A stretch of DNA of 64,000 nucleotides. Origin: a virus. The translations under genes and the position numbers were made by a program. The stretch covers positions 32,001 through 96,000 of the IMG/VR virus record IMGVR_UViG_3300032323_001387, one strand, 5' to 3'. The notes below the pieces were generated by a model, which worked only from the letters and a program-made list of their open reading frames with translations, had not been told where the DNA came from and did no database searches. Shown piece by piece: positions 29,508 through 41,600 of the stretch. The stretch's first letter is position 1; each line of letters begins with the position of its first letter.

Positions 29508-30080
29508 TTACATTCTGATGCGTAAAGTATAGATTACTTGTATTACGCGATTTGCTGATTTTGTCACTGGGCTAAATGCCACATGAGATAGTAAGAATCC
29601 TGTGTTTAAACCGCTTGTACCTTTGCTTTTTAGTCCTATTTCATTGAAAATCAATTCCCCCGAATTAGCAGTTGGTTGATTTTCTTCTAACGTACAAGTT
29701 ACTATTAAATCAGTATAAGTCAAACCTTCGCTATGCTCAATTGATATATTATTTCGTGTTACATCATCGTTGTTAGTCTCGTCTAAATCGTCAATGACTT
29801 TGTAATATATTGGATTATACAAGTCTGCCAACAAGCCTAGTTCCAAATTTTGTTCTACATCTTTAACAGTAGTACTACCAGTTTCATCAATGACAACGCC
29901 GCCGTTGCCCATGTGTAATTCATAGATATACTGACTGTTATTTCCCTGTAACATTCTAGCCACTATCAAGCTCATTGTTTCAGAATTTATAGCATTGTGG
30001 ACGTCCAGCAGTAGATCTCCTGTGGCAAGATCTACTATCTTAACAAATCCTTCGATGTTTAATTTTATTTGGCTCAGCAT
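29508..30080 (-). CDS. Putative baseplate/fibre-attachment structural protein
   Basis: Context; FNEIGL...LLSHVAFSPVTKS..RVIQVIYTLRI pattern typical of tail-associated beta proteins. Confidence 0.55.
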   Translation of the reverse strand: MLSQIKLNIEGFVKIVDLATGDLLLDVHNAINSETMSLIVARMLQGNNSQYIYELHMGNGGVVIDETGSTTVKDVEQNLELGLLADLYNPIYYKVIDDLDETNNDDVTRNNISIEHSEGLTYTDLIVTCTLEENQPTANSGELIFNEIGLKSKGTSGLNTGFLLSHVAFSPVTKSANRVIQVIYTLRIRM

Positions 30081-30115
30081 ATGTTTTCCTTACATTTATT
30101 TAATCTTATATTTAA

Positions 30116-33100
30116 CTACGCATTTAATATTAATTGGCCATTTTCGTAGATTAGCAGTTCCTCACCGATTTCCAATTCTACTGGTTCAATCACAGTTCTA
30201 TTGACTGTTCCGCCGCGAATTTTATCTCGATATGATTTTACTGTATTATAAAAATTAGTAAGTACCGTGATTTGATCTCGCTGCAAGTAGTCATCAGTTT
30301 TCAATGTAGAGCTAATCAAGTTAACCGGTTCCACTGTGCTAGACTTTGCTAACCAATCTACACCAATCTGCTCACGCATTACATAGCGGAACATTGTACA
30401 TACAATTTTACTGTAATATTTAGAATATTGACCTGTGAATATTTCATAGCGCAATGAATCTAATATAGCATTATAAACACTGTTTAGATCATAATCCCAT
30501 GGCAACTTATCCCACCCAACAGTATCATATGAACTTAGACTCCAAGGAGCATATAAATCGCTGGAGAATTCAATGGCTCCTTTTGTTTTATACACCGGGC
30601 CAAAACTACCGTCGACATTCTTTTCATATATTGTATAATCACGTATACCTGTATTAACTTTGATATACGAACCGGAAGTTACTGTAGTTGTGTAAATATC
30701 AGCGGCTGATTCTAACACCAATGATATTTCTTTAGTCGGGTCAAATGTTTCACTTCGGTAATCAGTGTAGCTCCAAAATCTAGGCACATTGATGATTTCG
30801 TCACCGACGACATAAAACTCGTTATTGAGTCTAGTATTGCCCCAGGTGTCAATATTGGAAATATTAACACTAATCATAATCTCATTTAATTTCTTAATAA
30901 ATGTTCGTCTTGCTTCGATAGTATCATCAAACCAACTTTGAACATATGGGCGCACTAAGTTACCTAATCTACTGTATGGATGTAGATTGAAGATATCAGG
31001 CACATTTTTTGTTATATTGAAATCTAATGTGTTACGTACAGGATCTATATCTCTTACACTTAAACTTCCAGGTGGTAACACCTGCCACTTACTTGGATTC
31101 CAAGCTCCAGTGGTTGTATCTTTGCACACATAGATATTGTCATTGTAAATTACAATATCTAGGTAGCCGTAAGTTACGGACTGTTTATAGCCTTGTATTG
31201 GAAGTTTTTGCCAAGCATCTTCATTGAATGTTCCTGTAGTTGTATAACGACAAACGAAAAAGTATCCATTATACTTGACAAGGTCATCCTGAGTATATGT
31301 ATTATTATTATTGTAATGTACATACTCTGCTCTCTTTCTATAGAATATATGTGCACTTAAACTATCACGCAGTCTGACATGTAACCATTCAGGAATAGTT
31401 TCGACAGTGTTATTTTCAGATATGAAAATCCATTGCTGGTGTTTTTCATTGCCTTTGATTTTTTTCTTAATCTGTACAACTGTACTTGTATTATTCAAGT
31501 ATGGCTGAATTCCTTTGAGTACAATAGCATTATTGCTAATAGGTGCCCACCATGGAATCCCGGCTGCACTAGGATTTAATAAGACTTTGCTTAACTGTTC
31601 AGTGGTATATACTCTAGATTGTTTACTTTGTTCGGCAATAACATTTTTATTTTTAACCCAGAAATAGTAAACAGTATATGTTTCGCCGTTGATGTAATCT
31701 TCCTCTTCCACCCAATGATAATTATCAGTGTCAAGGGAGCGGTCGACATAAACTTCGCCAGAGGCTACTTGGTCAAAGGCCACTAATCCTTTTTCTACCA
31801 TTTTATTCCATTGGCTAGGAGGTACAGGGCTCTTTGTCCATTCATAGACATCGGGCAATTTACCGTTAACTGTAGTTCCCCAATATTTTTCCTTAGTTGA
31901 TTCGTCACCACTTTCGTAGTCACTGAATTGAACTGTGCTAAGATCCCACCAACGGCGGCCGATAAATTCTTCGTGCCATCCCAAACTGGTATATACTGAT
32001 TTATAACTATCAGTTGATCTATTGTACTTTGCAGGATCTACTCGATTGATAACATCGATGTCATTTTTAAATACATCTGGTATATACATCTTCTTTGGAT
32101 CAAACAAATCTAGTTTTGCAACTGTTCTGTTTTCTGCATAATCGTATATTATTAAATGTTCAATGTCGCTAGGATCTACTGGGCGGCTTTCTTCTTTAAC
32201 TATCGAAGATACTCCATTGCGTACTTCATATACTTTATAGTTACCATAGTCAAACGTGGCTTCTTTATTATTTAGATTTAATCCATCGTCTATAATAGCA
32301 ATTGGCCATGTCGGACTATAACCGCTTGGTGTTGCTTCCTTAGTCAATACTGTTTGCCCAATAGCATTTGTGAATGGGTTATACTTTTTCTTCCATGCAT
32401 AGCCAAAGTCATCTGCGTTAAGTCCTGTAGCTAAGTTAAAATCTGTATGATTTTTAAATCTAACAGGCTTGAATGTAAATAACTTGCCAGTATAGCAATT
32501 AGAACCAATGGTAGCATCAATGAAGAACTGCGTTTCGTTTGCAGGTCCTTCGGCTAATGCTTGTACTTCCCAGATACCATTGATGCTAGAATTTCCCAGG
32601 CTTGCGTTAACAACTAATACATAGTCGCCCTTGCTTACCTTATGTGCTTTATTTGTCGTTATTCTTGCTTGACTAGCGTCATCGGGCCCTGGACAAATTT
32701 CTAATATACCAAGATCTCTGTCCACAGTCTGCAAGACTTGCCATGTACCCGGTTTAAATATGCTCATACCGCTGTTAGCTAGATCTGGATTGGGTTTATA
32801 GTAATTGCCTACAAATATATTAGGTAAGTGCGGTTCGTCAATTTGACTAAACTTATCATTGTTATTAGACCATGTATTTGGACTTACTGTTGTCTTAGCA
32901 TAGTATAACTTGCCGTTTATTCTGACTTGATCATATTGCTTGTAACTAGCAGTTTCGTCATATGCAGGAATATTCCATAATTCAGCAAAATTATCGTACA
33001 GGCTCGATAGGTTGTCCAGAGTGTCTATTGATAAGTCAGTGTCGCCGGTGAATAGTGGTCCACCTGTGGCCAAGTCTCTGTATGTTCTATCATAGGTATT

Positions 33101-36100
33101 GAATGTTAAATCTTTGTTAAATGGCCTGTGAACCCAACGCTTGCTATTATTTTTAAAATATAAAATACTGTCATTAGTTGTCGGTTCGGCCTTGTCAATG
33201 AACTTAACTACTTGCGATGTCTTAGATGGATGACGGATGTCGCTGGACAGCATTTCAAATTCATAATATTCTATGTTCTTTGTGTTGCCTATTTCACCTA
33301 ATCTAACCATGTACTCTTCATATGGCTTTGATTGTGATTCATCTTTGATCGTTAACGGTGCAAGTTTGTTGAAAACTTCAACTGTGCCTTTAGTATAAGT
33401 AATGGCATTTTTAAATAATGTTTCATTTTCTTCCTGCAGGAATAGTTGACGCAATTCTGGATTTCTATTCAATCCAAATTGAGATCTGCTGGCCTCACTA
33501 ACGGTACGGTCTAATATTACATTTTCAATGTCTAACAAGTTTCTGCCTTGTTCAGCCATAGAGTCATAGTTAGGGATAATACCATTTGATGTAATTACAT
33601 AACCAGGTGCATAATAAGTTCCATCCCAATCTTGACTTTTCTTGCCGCCTATTACGAAACTACGCTTAGTTGTACTTTGCTCAGGTAAGAAATATACATC
33701 ATCGAATACACTAGTAGAATTTAAATGTACCACTGTTTCAAAAGAACTAAACGTTAATTTAATGCCGTAGATTGATCTGTTGGCATCTTTTGTTTTGATA
33801 ACAACAGTGTTGCCATCGCTGAAACGATTAACCAATAGATCTTTACTGAATAAAGGCTTGTTGTATCTATCAACGCATTGACCCACATTTTCATTAGTGC
33901 CTTCTAAGTTGTCTAGATGACCAGCTATGCCTTTAATCACCAATTGGTCAGCACACGGATTCAAATCAATGTAACTACCTGCGGCCAAAGGAGAATTACT
34001 CCAGAATATAAATTGCTTGGCACTTAACTGCCAATCACGAATGTCCCCGGCTTCTGGTTCTTCAAAGACAAATCCAATGCTTTCTAAATATTTTCCATAG
34101 CCTATTAACAAATCAAATATGTCTTGACGACTCTTATAACGTTCTCCATAATTTTGATAATACAGCTCGGTGGTATATGTATTCTTTTGTTTGAAGGTAA
34201 CATCTCCCACTGTTATTGCCGTAGTACTGCTGTTATCAGCTGGAACGAAAGCTGCTATGTAACCATCCTCTGTGGCAAATCCAGTAACTGAATAATATTC
34301 GCCGTCCCATATAATCCTGACACCGCTATAGAATATTTCCTTGTCGGGATAATGATTTATAGTTCTAACGTCATAACTTTCTTCAGGAACAAACAACGTA
34401 ATACGTTGACTATTGACACTGGTACTTTGAATACGGATATTGTCTTTGTTAGTGAATCCATTTAATAAAAATTCTTTTTTAACTTTGATGTTATTGAACT
34501 TGTCAATGACTTCTGCTTTATAATCTTTATTGTTTAGTACACAGAACTCCGAGAACAAGCTCTCTATACCACTAGTATAAACTGTTTCTCCAGCAACTAC
34601 TTTTCTATGATAGTCATGTTCAATGTTACCTTGTTGCCAATACAATGTATTTCGGTCAAGCTTGTTACCCCATTCGTTAACTATTGTCTGTCCTGGTACC
34701 CAATTTGTATTAACATATTGTGCAGGATTACGAAGATACCACATCTTAGTCTTGGCAGCAAGTCCCCATTGTGTATTGTAGAACACATTTTCATATGGGC
34801 CGACTTCTCCCGGTAACCACGAAGCGTTTGCTTCCATGGCAGATAACCACAACCAACTTAGTTGGTCAGGAGGTAATAAATTACCATTACTGTCAATAGG
34901 GAATTCCTGTTCAATACTTAAATCATTGCATCTGGCAAACTTAGGATTTATTATTCTATTAGTTGGCGATCCCACATTACCTGTACGTAATGCTTTTTCT
35001 AATTGTACTCTTTTTGTAGAATCTGTCCATGAATAATTTGCATCCCACCAACTTGGCTTTAATGTATGACCCAGCATTTCCCACGGATGTGTATGCGGGC
35101 GATCTGTATCAAATAGGAATTGATAAATTAATCTCCATGATCCTGTTACACTATAAACGTCTTCGCCGGTGCCTAGTTTATATATGTACGTGAAACCATT
35201 GGCTGCATCGTAGTCATTATTGGCCATTAAAAATAAATTATTTTGATTTAGCCACTGATTTGCTTCAGTTAACATTATCTGTCTAACCGGGTTAAGACCT
35301 TTTTCAAGCAATCTAAAATAACCAGGGATGCTTTCTATGTAATTTCTAAAATTATTATTTTCTACATCGTATGATATGCTGCTCCACACTGCTAATTCAT
35401 ATTCATAAAGTAACTGGTCAATAGTATCCAATGGATAATACTTGTTGTTACCTAAATCTTCAACTCCAGCTTCTAAATAATATCTAGTACCATCGTGACG
35501 ATACATAAAATATTTTCCAGGAGTGGTTGTGTCTTCATAAATTTCAGGCTGGTATACTGGCGCTAGACCTATTTTAGCCAAGCTGGCTGGTATCTGCGCT
35601 TTGTATCTTCCATACCATTGTTTGATATTAACAATCTCACCAATTAAGTCATCAGATAAAAATTCAACGTGAGTATACTTGTCTATATCGCTTACTAATA
35701 TATAATCGACGCCTCTTTTTAGATAGCGTTTATTATGTGTTAAATGCAAGACATATTCTTTACCAGCACGATGAGAGATGTTTTCAAAATCGCCAGTTAA
35801 GTTAAATGTTAAATCATTACCAATTTCAAAATCTACTTCTCTGTAGTTGTCTAGCTTTTCTCCCCAACCCATCATGTTACTATGAGTCCAGAATGTGTTA
35901 TTGTCAGCAGTTGTTACATAGATTCCAGAAATAGCCATTGTTAGTAAATCATGGCTTGAATATCTAGTTTCGTCGACTGAATTTATTGCCGATTCTAATT
36001 CTACTTTTAGTTTGTTTAAGAAACTGTCATAGTGCTTGCCTTGTCGGATCATTAGATCTCCCAAGTCAAATGGCATGTTAGTAGAAGTAATTGCAAATTT

Positions 36101-38671
36101 ACTCAATGGCTCGTTATGCTTTAGTAATGTGCCACCGCCGAGTACTGTTGTCTGCAATAGCGATTCATTGTCAAACGATTCCCTAATATTTGCAGAATTA
36201 GATTTAATACTAGTGGCATGTTGATACAAGCTATAATAATTAATTTCCGACAGCTTTTGATTTAAAGGATTAACTGTCAGGGACATTGGGGCTGTTCTAG
36301 TCGTTGGCCATGTCACTATACTATTGACTACTACTTTGTCGCCGGATTGAATTTTGCTATCTAAGCTATCTGTAGCAATCAATCGTTGATTAGCATCCAA
36401 AGATCCATCTAATAATGTTATATCAGATATTACATATTCATATTCATCGAATATCGGATTTGTCTGATCTTTGGCATATACGTCTTGCAAGAATCTCCAT
36501 TTATTGACAGGCTTAACTATTGCAGTTTTATATGGAGACGTAGCAAACGTCCACATTAGTCTCGTATTGGTAACAAACAATTCGTTATCGATATATGACG
36601 ATCCTATTAATATGCTATCAGACAAGTCTAACTCTATAATACCATTTGATATTCCGTTATTAACACAGTAAGGTGCTTCTAATAGCACCGGAGTTGTAAT
36701 GTTGTCAACTATTGACGTCTTAAAGAATGTGACAGGACCCGGTAAGTCGTGACATACTATTCTAACTGTCCCGCCAGATACCAATGGTATAAACGATTCA
36801 AATGAGTTATATCCTTTTTTACTCGAAAATTCTATTAATCCGTAGCCATTGACATCGAAATAAAATCTTAAAATCTTTTTGGTATCGTAATACGCATGTA
36901 TTGTAGTGAAACCCGTTGCTATAGGACTTACTAGACCAGACCACGGTTCTTCAGCTAAACTTTCAAATTGTAAATCCTGTGATTGTTTAGTAAAGTTTAA
37001 TCCTTTTCTATTTTGATAAAAAGGCACTACTCTATTAAAGAAATTATAGCCATAAGGGCCGGATAATGTAATATTTTCGCCTGTGATTGCATCGTTATAG
37101 GAATACGATGCGTCAACGTCTGTTATAAATTTTAGCTGATTAGGACTCACTGCACTAGGATTATTTTCATCGATTAAATCAAAATCAATATTACTTACTT
37201 TGATATTTTTAGCAAGTATATTATCATATGTCGGACCATTTTGGAAACCCAAGATAGTTCCGCCAGCAAATTGAGTTTCATTCAAATCTTCTAAATTAAC
37301 GCCATCGCTTTTATAGAATTCAAATAATACGTTTTGATTAGGTGTTGTTTTATTCTGAGCTAAACTCCATTTATTGTTTTTGTATATAACTTTATGATAA
37401 CGCAAATCTGAATTAGCAACAATAAGTGCTCCGTCATTCTCGTTGATAGTAACGTTGATTTGCGTGAATACTATCCCAGTGCCTACGCCAGATACTCTGT
37501 GTACTCCTGGTGTATCTTCAAATACAATAAGGTCATTGTTCTGTATTGTATAACCAGAACTATCTTTTAATGTTGTTCTAGTTGGACTTTGATATACGGT
37601 TTTTGTATATGGTAAAATACTTTTAATCTCTGCTTTTGTTGCGCTAGGCCAATTGTATATTTTTACTCCTCTGATAAAAGTAATAATAGGACGTTTAGCT
37701 TTATTTTGTGCCGTAACGAATTCTTCTAGACTTACGCCTAAAAATTTAGCAACAGCTTTAATAGTATTAATATGATACCAGTGATCTATTACTTGCCAAT
37801 GATTAGGTTGAATAGTTTTTTCCTGTGTTATGTATTCAGGCTCGCTGGTAACAATCATGCTACCGTCCCAGGTTTCGCTGTCCCATTTAATAGCAGGTGG
37901 GTCATCAAACTCGCTGGTCTTATCCCATGGACGTTTTTTGAGCCAACTATCCGGAATTCGTTTGTCTATAGCAGTTGCAGGTAATAATGCTATACCATCA
38001 CCTACACCATATACGTAATATAACTCAGGATTGTTTTCATCTTCTGTCTTATATGCAGCATCAACATTTCCTGTAAAATAAACAGTCATGCCATTTTGCA
38101 GTTCTAATGTTTGACCTGTCAAATCATCTATAATCTCAGCAAAAGGTCTTCCAACTATTTCAGTAGCAATACTATATTTGTTAGTATTATTTGGACCCGG
38201 ATTAGCGTGTATCCGGCATGCTGGCATGTCGTTAGCGATCCAGTAAAATAAGTTATAATCGGTCAGACGTACAGGATTGATTGGCAATTCTAATACATTA
38301 ATGTCTTTATCAAGCATAACTCCGTCTTTTAAAGGAGAACCTTTAATAGTTAAGTAATTTTCTATATCAATGTAAGAACTTTTGCCCAAGTAAGTGTCAC
38401 TTGAATCAGAGATCACTAGCATATTATTTGCTTGACTCTCTCGACGAACCTCGTTGCTTTCAACTTTTAAGAACTCTTCTGGCCTATTACTTGCAGATCG
38501 TAAGCCATATGTTTCTTTAAAAGGCAATAACTGTCCTTTACTGGTCATTACGTCCAGCGTAGAGTCTAACATTTTTTTGTTAGGTTCTGTGCTTAAAACG
38601 CTAGGCAGTAATTTATAGTTACTAACTTTTTGTGCTAGTTGTTGATTTGGTTTTTTACTTTGTCTGCTCAT
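30116..38671 (-). CDS. Giant (2851 aa) virion structural protein, probable baseplate wedge component
   Basis: Directly downstream of the gp6-like gene; WD-rich motifs, TDRPHTHPWEMLG, VYEW. Confidence 0.7.
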   Translation of the reverse strand: MSRQSKKPNQQLAQKVSNYKLLPSVLSTEPNKKMLDSTLDVMTSKGQLLPFKETYGLRSASNRPEEFLKVESNEVRRESQANNMLVISDSSDTYLGKSSYIDIENYLTIKGSPLKDGVMLDKDINVLELPINPVRLTDYNLFYWIANDMPACRIHANPGPNNTNKYSIATEIVGRPFAEIIDDLTGQTLELQNGMTVYFTGNVDAAYKTEDENNPELYYVYGVGDGIALLPATAIDKRIPDSWLKKRPWDKTSEFDDPPAIKWDSETWDGSMIVTSEPEYITQEKTIQPNHWQVIDHWYHINTIKAVAKFLGVSLEEFVTAQNKAKRPIITFIRGVKIYNWPSATKAEIKSILPYTKTVYQSPTRTTLKDSSGYTIQNNDLIVFEDTPGVHRVSGVGTGIVFTQINVTINENDGALIVANSDLRYHKVIYKNNKWSLAQNKTTPNQNVLFEFYKSDGVNLEDLNETQFAGGTILGFQNGPTYDNILAKNIKVSNIDFDLIDENNPSAVSPNQLKFITDVDASYSYNDAITGENITLSGPYGYNFFNRVVPFYQNRKGLNFTKQSQDLQFESLAEEPWSGLVSPIATGFTTIHAYYDTKKILRFYFDVNGYGLIEFSSKKGYNSFESFIPLVSGGTVRIVCHDLPGPVTFFKTSIVDNITTPVLLEAPYCVNNGISNGIIELDLSDSILIGSSYIDNELFVTNTRLMWTFATSPYKTAIVKPVNKWRFLQDVYAKDQTNPIFDEYEYVISDITLLDGSLDANQRLIATDSLDSKIQSGDKVVVNSIVTWPTTRTAPMSLTVNPLNQKLSEINYYSLYQHATSIKSNSANIRESFDNESLLQTTVLGGGTLLKHNEPLSKFAITSTNMPFDLGDLMIRQGKHYDSFLNKLKVELESAINSVDETRYSSHDLLTMAISGIYVTTADNNTFWTHSNMMGWGEKLDNYREVDFEIGNDLTFNLTGDFENISHRAGKEYVLHLTHNKRYLKRGVDYILVSDIDKYTHVEFLSDDLIGEIVNIKQWYGRYKAQIPASLAKIGLAPVYQPEIYEDTTTPGKYFMYRHDGTRYYLEAGVEDLGNNKYYPLDTIDQLLYEYELAVWSSISYDVENNNFRNYIESIPGYFRLLEKGLNPVRQIMLTEANQWLNQNNLFLMANNDYDAANGFTYIYKLGTGEDVYSVTGSWRLIYQFLFDTDRPHTHPWEMLGHTLKPSWWDANYSWTDSTKRVQLEKALRTGNVGSPTNRIINPKFARCNDLSIEQEFPIDSNGNLLPPDQLSWLWLSAMEANASWLPGEVGPYENVFYNTQWGLAAKTKMWYLRNPAQYVNTNWVPGQTIVNEWGNKLDRNTLYWQQGNIEHDYHRKVVAGETVYTSGIESLFSEFCVLNNKDYKAEVIDKFNNIKVKKEFLLNGFTNKDNIRIQSTSVNSQRITLFVPEESYDVRTINHYPDKEIFYSGVRIIWDGEYYSVTGFATEDGYIAAFVPADNSSTTAITVGDVTFKQKNTYTTELYYQNYGERYKSRQDIFDLLIGYGKYLESIGFVFEEPEAGDIRDWQLSAKQFIFWSNSPLAAGSYIDLNPCADQLVIKGIAGHLDNLEGTNENVGQCVDRYNKPLFSKDLLVNRFSDGNTVVIKTKDANRSIYGIKLTFSSFETVVHLNSTSVFDDVYFLPEQSTTKRSFVIGGKKSQDWDGTYYAPGYVITSNGIIPNYDSMAEQGRNLLDIENVILDRTVSEASRSQFGLNRNPELRQLFLQEENETLFKNAITYTKGTVEVFNKLAPLTIKDESQSKPYEEYMVRLGEIGNTKNIEYYEFEMLSSDIRHPSKTSQVVKFIDKAEPTTNDSILYFKNNSKRWVHRPFNKDLTFNTYDRTYRDLATGGPLFTGDTDLSIDTLDNLSSLYDNFAELWNIPAYDETASYKQYDQVRINGKLYYAKTTVSPNTWSNNNDKFSQIDEPHLPNIFVGNYYKPNPDLANSGMSIFKPGTWQVLQTVDRDLGILEICPGPDDASQARITTNKAHKVSKGDYVLVVNASLGNSSINGIWEVQALAEGPANETQFFIDATIGSNCYTGKLFTFKPVRFKNHTDFNLATGLNADDFGYAWKKKYNPFTNAIGQTVLTKEATPSGYSPTWPIAIIDDGLNLNNKEATFDYGNYKVYEVRNGVSSIVKEESRPVDPSDIEHLIIYDYAENRTVAKLDLFDPKKMYIPDVFKNDIDVINRVDPAKYNRSTDSYKSVYTSLGWHEEFIGRRWWDLSTVQFSDYESGDESTKEKYWGTTVNGKLPDVYEWTKSPVPPSQWNKMVEKGLVAFDQVASGEVYVDRSLDTDNYHWVEEEDYINGETYTVYYFWVKNKNVIAEQSKQSRVYTTEQLSKVLLNPSAAGIPWWAPISNNAIVLKGIQPYLNNTSTVVQIKKKIKGNEKHQQWIFISENNTVETIPEWLHVRLRDSLSAHIFYRKRAEYVHYNNNNTYTQDDLVKYNGYFFVCRYTTTGTFNEDAWQKLPIQGYKQSVTYGYLDIVIYNDNIYVCKDTTTGAWNPSKWQVLPPGSLSVRDIDPVRNTLDFNITKNVPDIFNLHPYSRLGNLVRPYVQSWFDDTIEARRTFIKKLNEIMISVNISNIDTWGNTRLNNEFYVVGDEIINVPRFWSYTDYRSETFDPTKEISLVLESAADIYTTTVTSGSYIKVNTGIRDYTIYEKNVDGSFGPVYKTKGAIEFSSDLYAPWSLSSYDTVGWDKLPWDYDLNSVYNAILDSLRYEIFTGQYSKYYSKIVCTMFRYVMREQIGVDWLAKSSTVEPVNLISSTLKTDDYLQRDQITVLTNFYNTVKSYRDKIRGGTVNRTVIEPVELEIGEELLIYENGQLILNA

Positions 38672-41600
38672 CGACCGATCCTAATGTTGCTGTCAGTGAT
38701 TTCTGAAATAACTATAATGTCATTTACATTTGCTACGCTAGTAACAACTTCATTCCTATCTGGTTGAATTTGGAATAGCGTACCGAATTTACTTTCCTGA
38801 TTTAATGGAACAATTACCACACTGCTTAAATCTGTACTTAAACTTGTATGTATGTATGCTGCCAATTCTGTGAAATAAAATGTTTCCCCAAAGCTAAAAT
38901 TGCCCGGAGTAAAAAAGGTATCAACTGCGGCAATTACTTTGCTTTTTATTTCGCTGTCTGTTAATTTACTTTTTATATTTTTAACCACTTTGAATTGTGC
39001 TTGAAATTCCTTGTCTGACAAATTGCCAAATAAAGGTTTGTATTTTACCGGATGAAATATAATCTCATCAGTCATCATCTTATAACTTAGTAAACCAGAA
39101 AAACTATTTCTTAATTCTTCTGATGTTTGCGGTAAGGGTGCGAGTACATTAGTATCAGCAGCTCTTTTCCATGATGTGTAATCATCATTATATGTCTTAG
39201 TTAACACATAGACGTCAATGATGTTTGTTAGACTCGGATCCAGTGACTGGTCTATTTCTACCGAGTGTTCCCATTTAAACGGAACGGAGTTAATGCCCGG
39301 AACTACTTTTACTACACTTTCTGGTGTCGATACTTCTACCGGTACAAGATAACTAAAATCGCCTTCTTCGTAGTTAACTAAATTTAATCTGCTATCACGT
39401 ACTAGCGAAATAAAGTGTTCAGGATCGTCGGGTAAAAAGTCATTGTCTATGTCCAATGGGGTAACTTTAACTTTACTGTTATCAGTGTATCCATCATCAT
39501 AAACATAGTAACCGCTGATCTTATAAGATTTAGATTCTTGTATTTTATTATTGGCGCCCATTTGTAACAGACTAATAGTATCTTTACTTAATGATGGGAA
39601 ACTAGGATTGAACGTAGGACTCCAGTTAATGTTATAGAATCTAATAAGCTCATCGCTGCCGAAGATATAGTCAAGCTGTCGAATAGTAATCTTCCAGCCT
39701 TGACCATCTCTTATACATGCAATCAACCATTCATTATTATCACTTGTTCTATTCCAAGTTGATTCAACGTCGACAAGACTGTTGATCACTATCCATCTAG
39801 GAGTAAGGTTATCAAATTTCAATGCAAAATTTTCTTTTGCATTTAATTTATCGATAATTGTAGCTCTAGTTAAATCATCAAAAACTCGTGTAAATGGAGG
39901 CAATATTTCTTTGATTAAATCCAAAGACGTTATAGATTTACTGATCTCAACAGTACCCATACCGTTTACCAGTAAACCAGTATAAACGTAATCAATGTTT
40001 TCAATACCAAGACCATCACCTTTAATATCATATACGTTGGCCCAGCGATTAACTCCTTCCGGTGTTTGCAATCTCAATACAGAACCTGGTCTCAACGAAC
40101 GCAATTCAGCGCCAGTGGTAAAGCCCAACTTAACAGGAGTAGCGTTACCGTTAGATTCCGAAATATAACCATTGCTGCTATTGGCATCATTATATGCAAC
40201 TCTCCAGCGGTAGTCCAACACTTTATAAACTTTAGAGCCAGCGGTATGGCTTGCGGCTGCTGTTCCTTGTGCGGCTCTTTGAACACCAATGAAGGTCGAA
40301 TTTTGACTATTTTGCTGTAACTCTCTGTAAGTGAACAATTCATCATCGATCATTAACATGCCGCCATCGATGTCAAAGTTATCGTATGGGTCTGTTGTGT
40401 TTGTATGATCAACTACCATTGAACTGAAAATATCATTTACACCGATTGCATTAGTCAACGTTGTATAGTAAATTGTTTTTCCAATATTAACTGTCGGAAA
40501 ATAATTTAATGCGGCATTGCCTGTTACGTTGGTTAAATTTAATTTACCATAATAAAAATTCAATAGGCCAACGTTGCTTAATTTACTTTCGATATATTCA
40601 TCTAATAAATCAACTGTGCGCCTTGTAATGTCATCTGGAACAACTGTGTTCTTAACAGATTCTTCTCTGTACAAATAACCATCATCGGCAAATTCTATCA
40701 ATGGACGATTCTTACCTGTAGGATCTTTTAAATCAACATAACGACTGTGGCCACTGAATGTTCTATTTTCTGCCTTAAGAACTAATACGTCATTGTTTAG
40801 CGTTGGCAGGAATCCGTTGTAATCATCTGCGGTAACCATTCTATTTTTGCTATAGAATGCTTCTGGTGCATTACGTTTAATTTCGTCAACTGTTTCAGAT
40901 GGCAAGCCAGTGACCATATTGTCTTGCAATTCCATTGTCAGTGACAATGTATGTGTTTGATTATCGGCGTTGCGATAGCTGATATCAAAAGTAACGTTCG
41001 TAATTTCTCCAGACTTGACTCTAATAAAATTATTCTCTGCGGTTCTATACCAGACGCGAATATTACCAGTAGGAACATTAGTAAACGTTCCGTCACCAAA
41101 CTTGATGCTAGTTATGTCAGCATCACTGTACAATACTTCGTAGAGATCTTTATTTGCTGCGCCGTATTCATTGACAACAATGTTACTAAAGTCTAAATTG
41201 CTTACACGAGTCCATGTCTTAATAACAGATCCGTTTTCGTCTATTGTTTGTACGTGGAAATCTTCTTCACTGATATTATCAGTCATTGGAATATCAATGA
41301 CTGCATTGGCTGTTGGACTTAATAGAGTTTGTACTGTATTAGCAATATAACCTTGTTTGGCTAAAAAGAAAAAACCCGTTTTTGTGCTGCCAACACCTTT
41401 ACCGTCATTACGATACAACACACTAAATGCTGTATTGTAATCCGGCTCTACTTGTGAAATAATTCCCAAAGTGTTAATATCAACCGGTACCAAATCAAAA
41501 TTCAAACTGTATCCATCTACTACAGCGCGAACCGGGAAGTTAACAATAGAATTTGTATTGTTAAAATTATATACTTCGTAGACTGTGCTGTTTATGCTAT

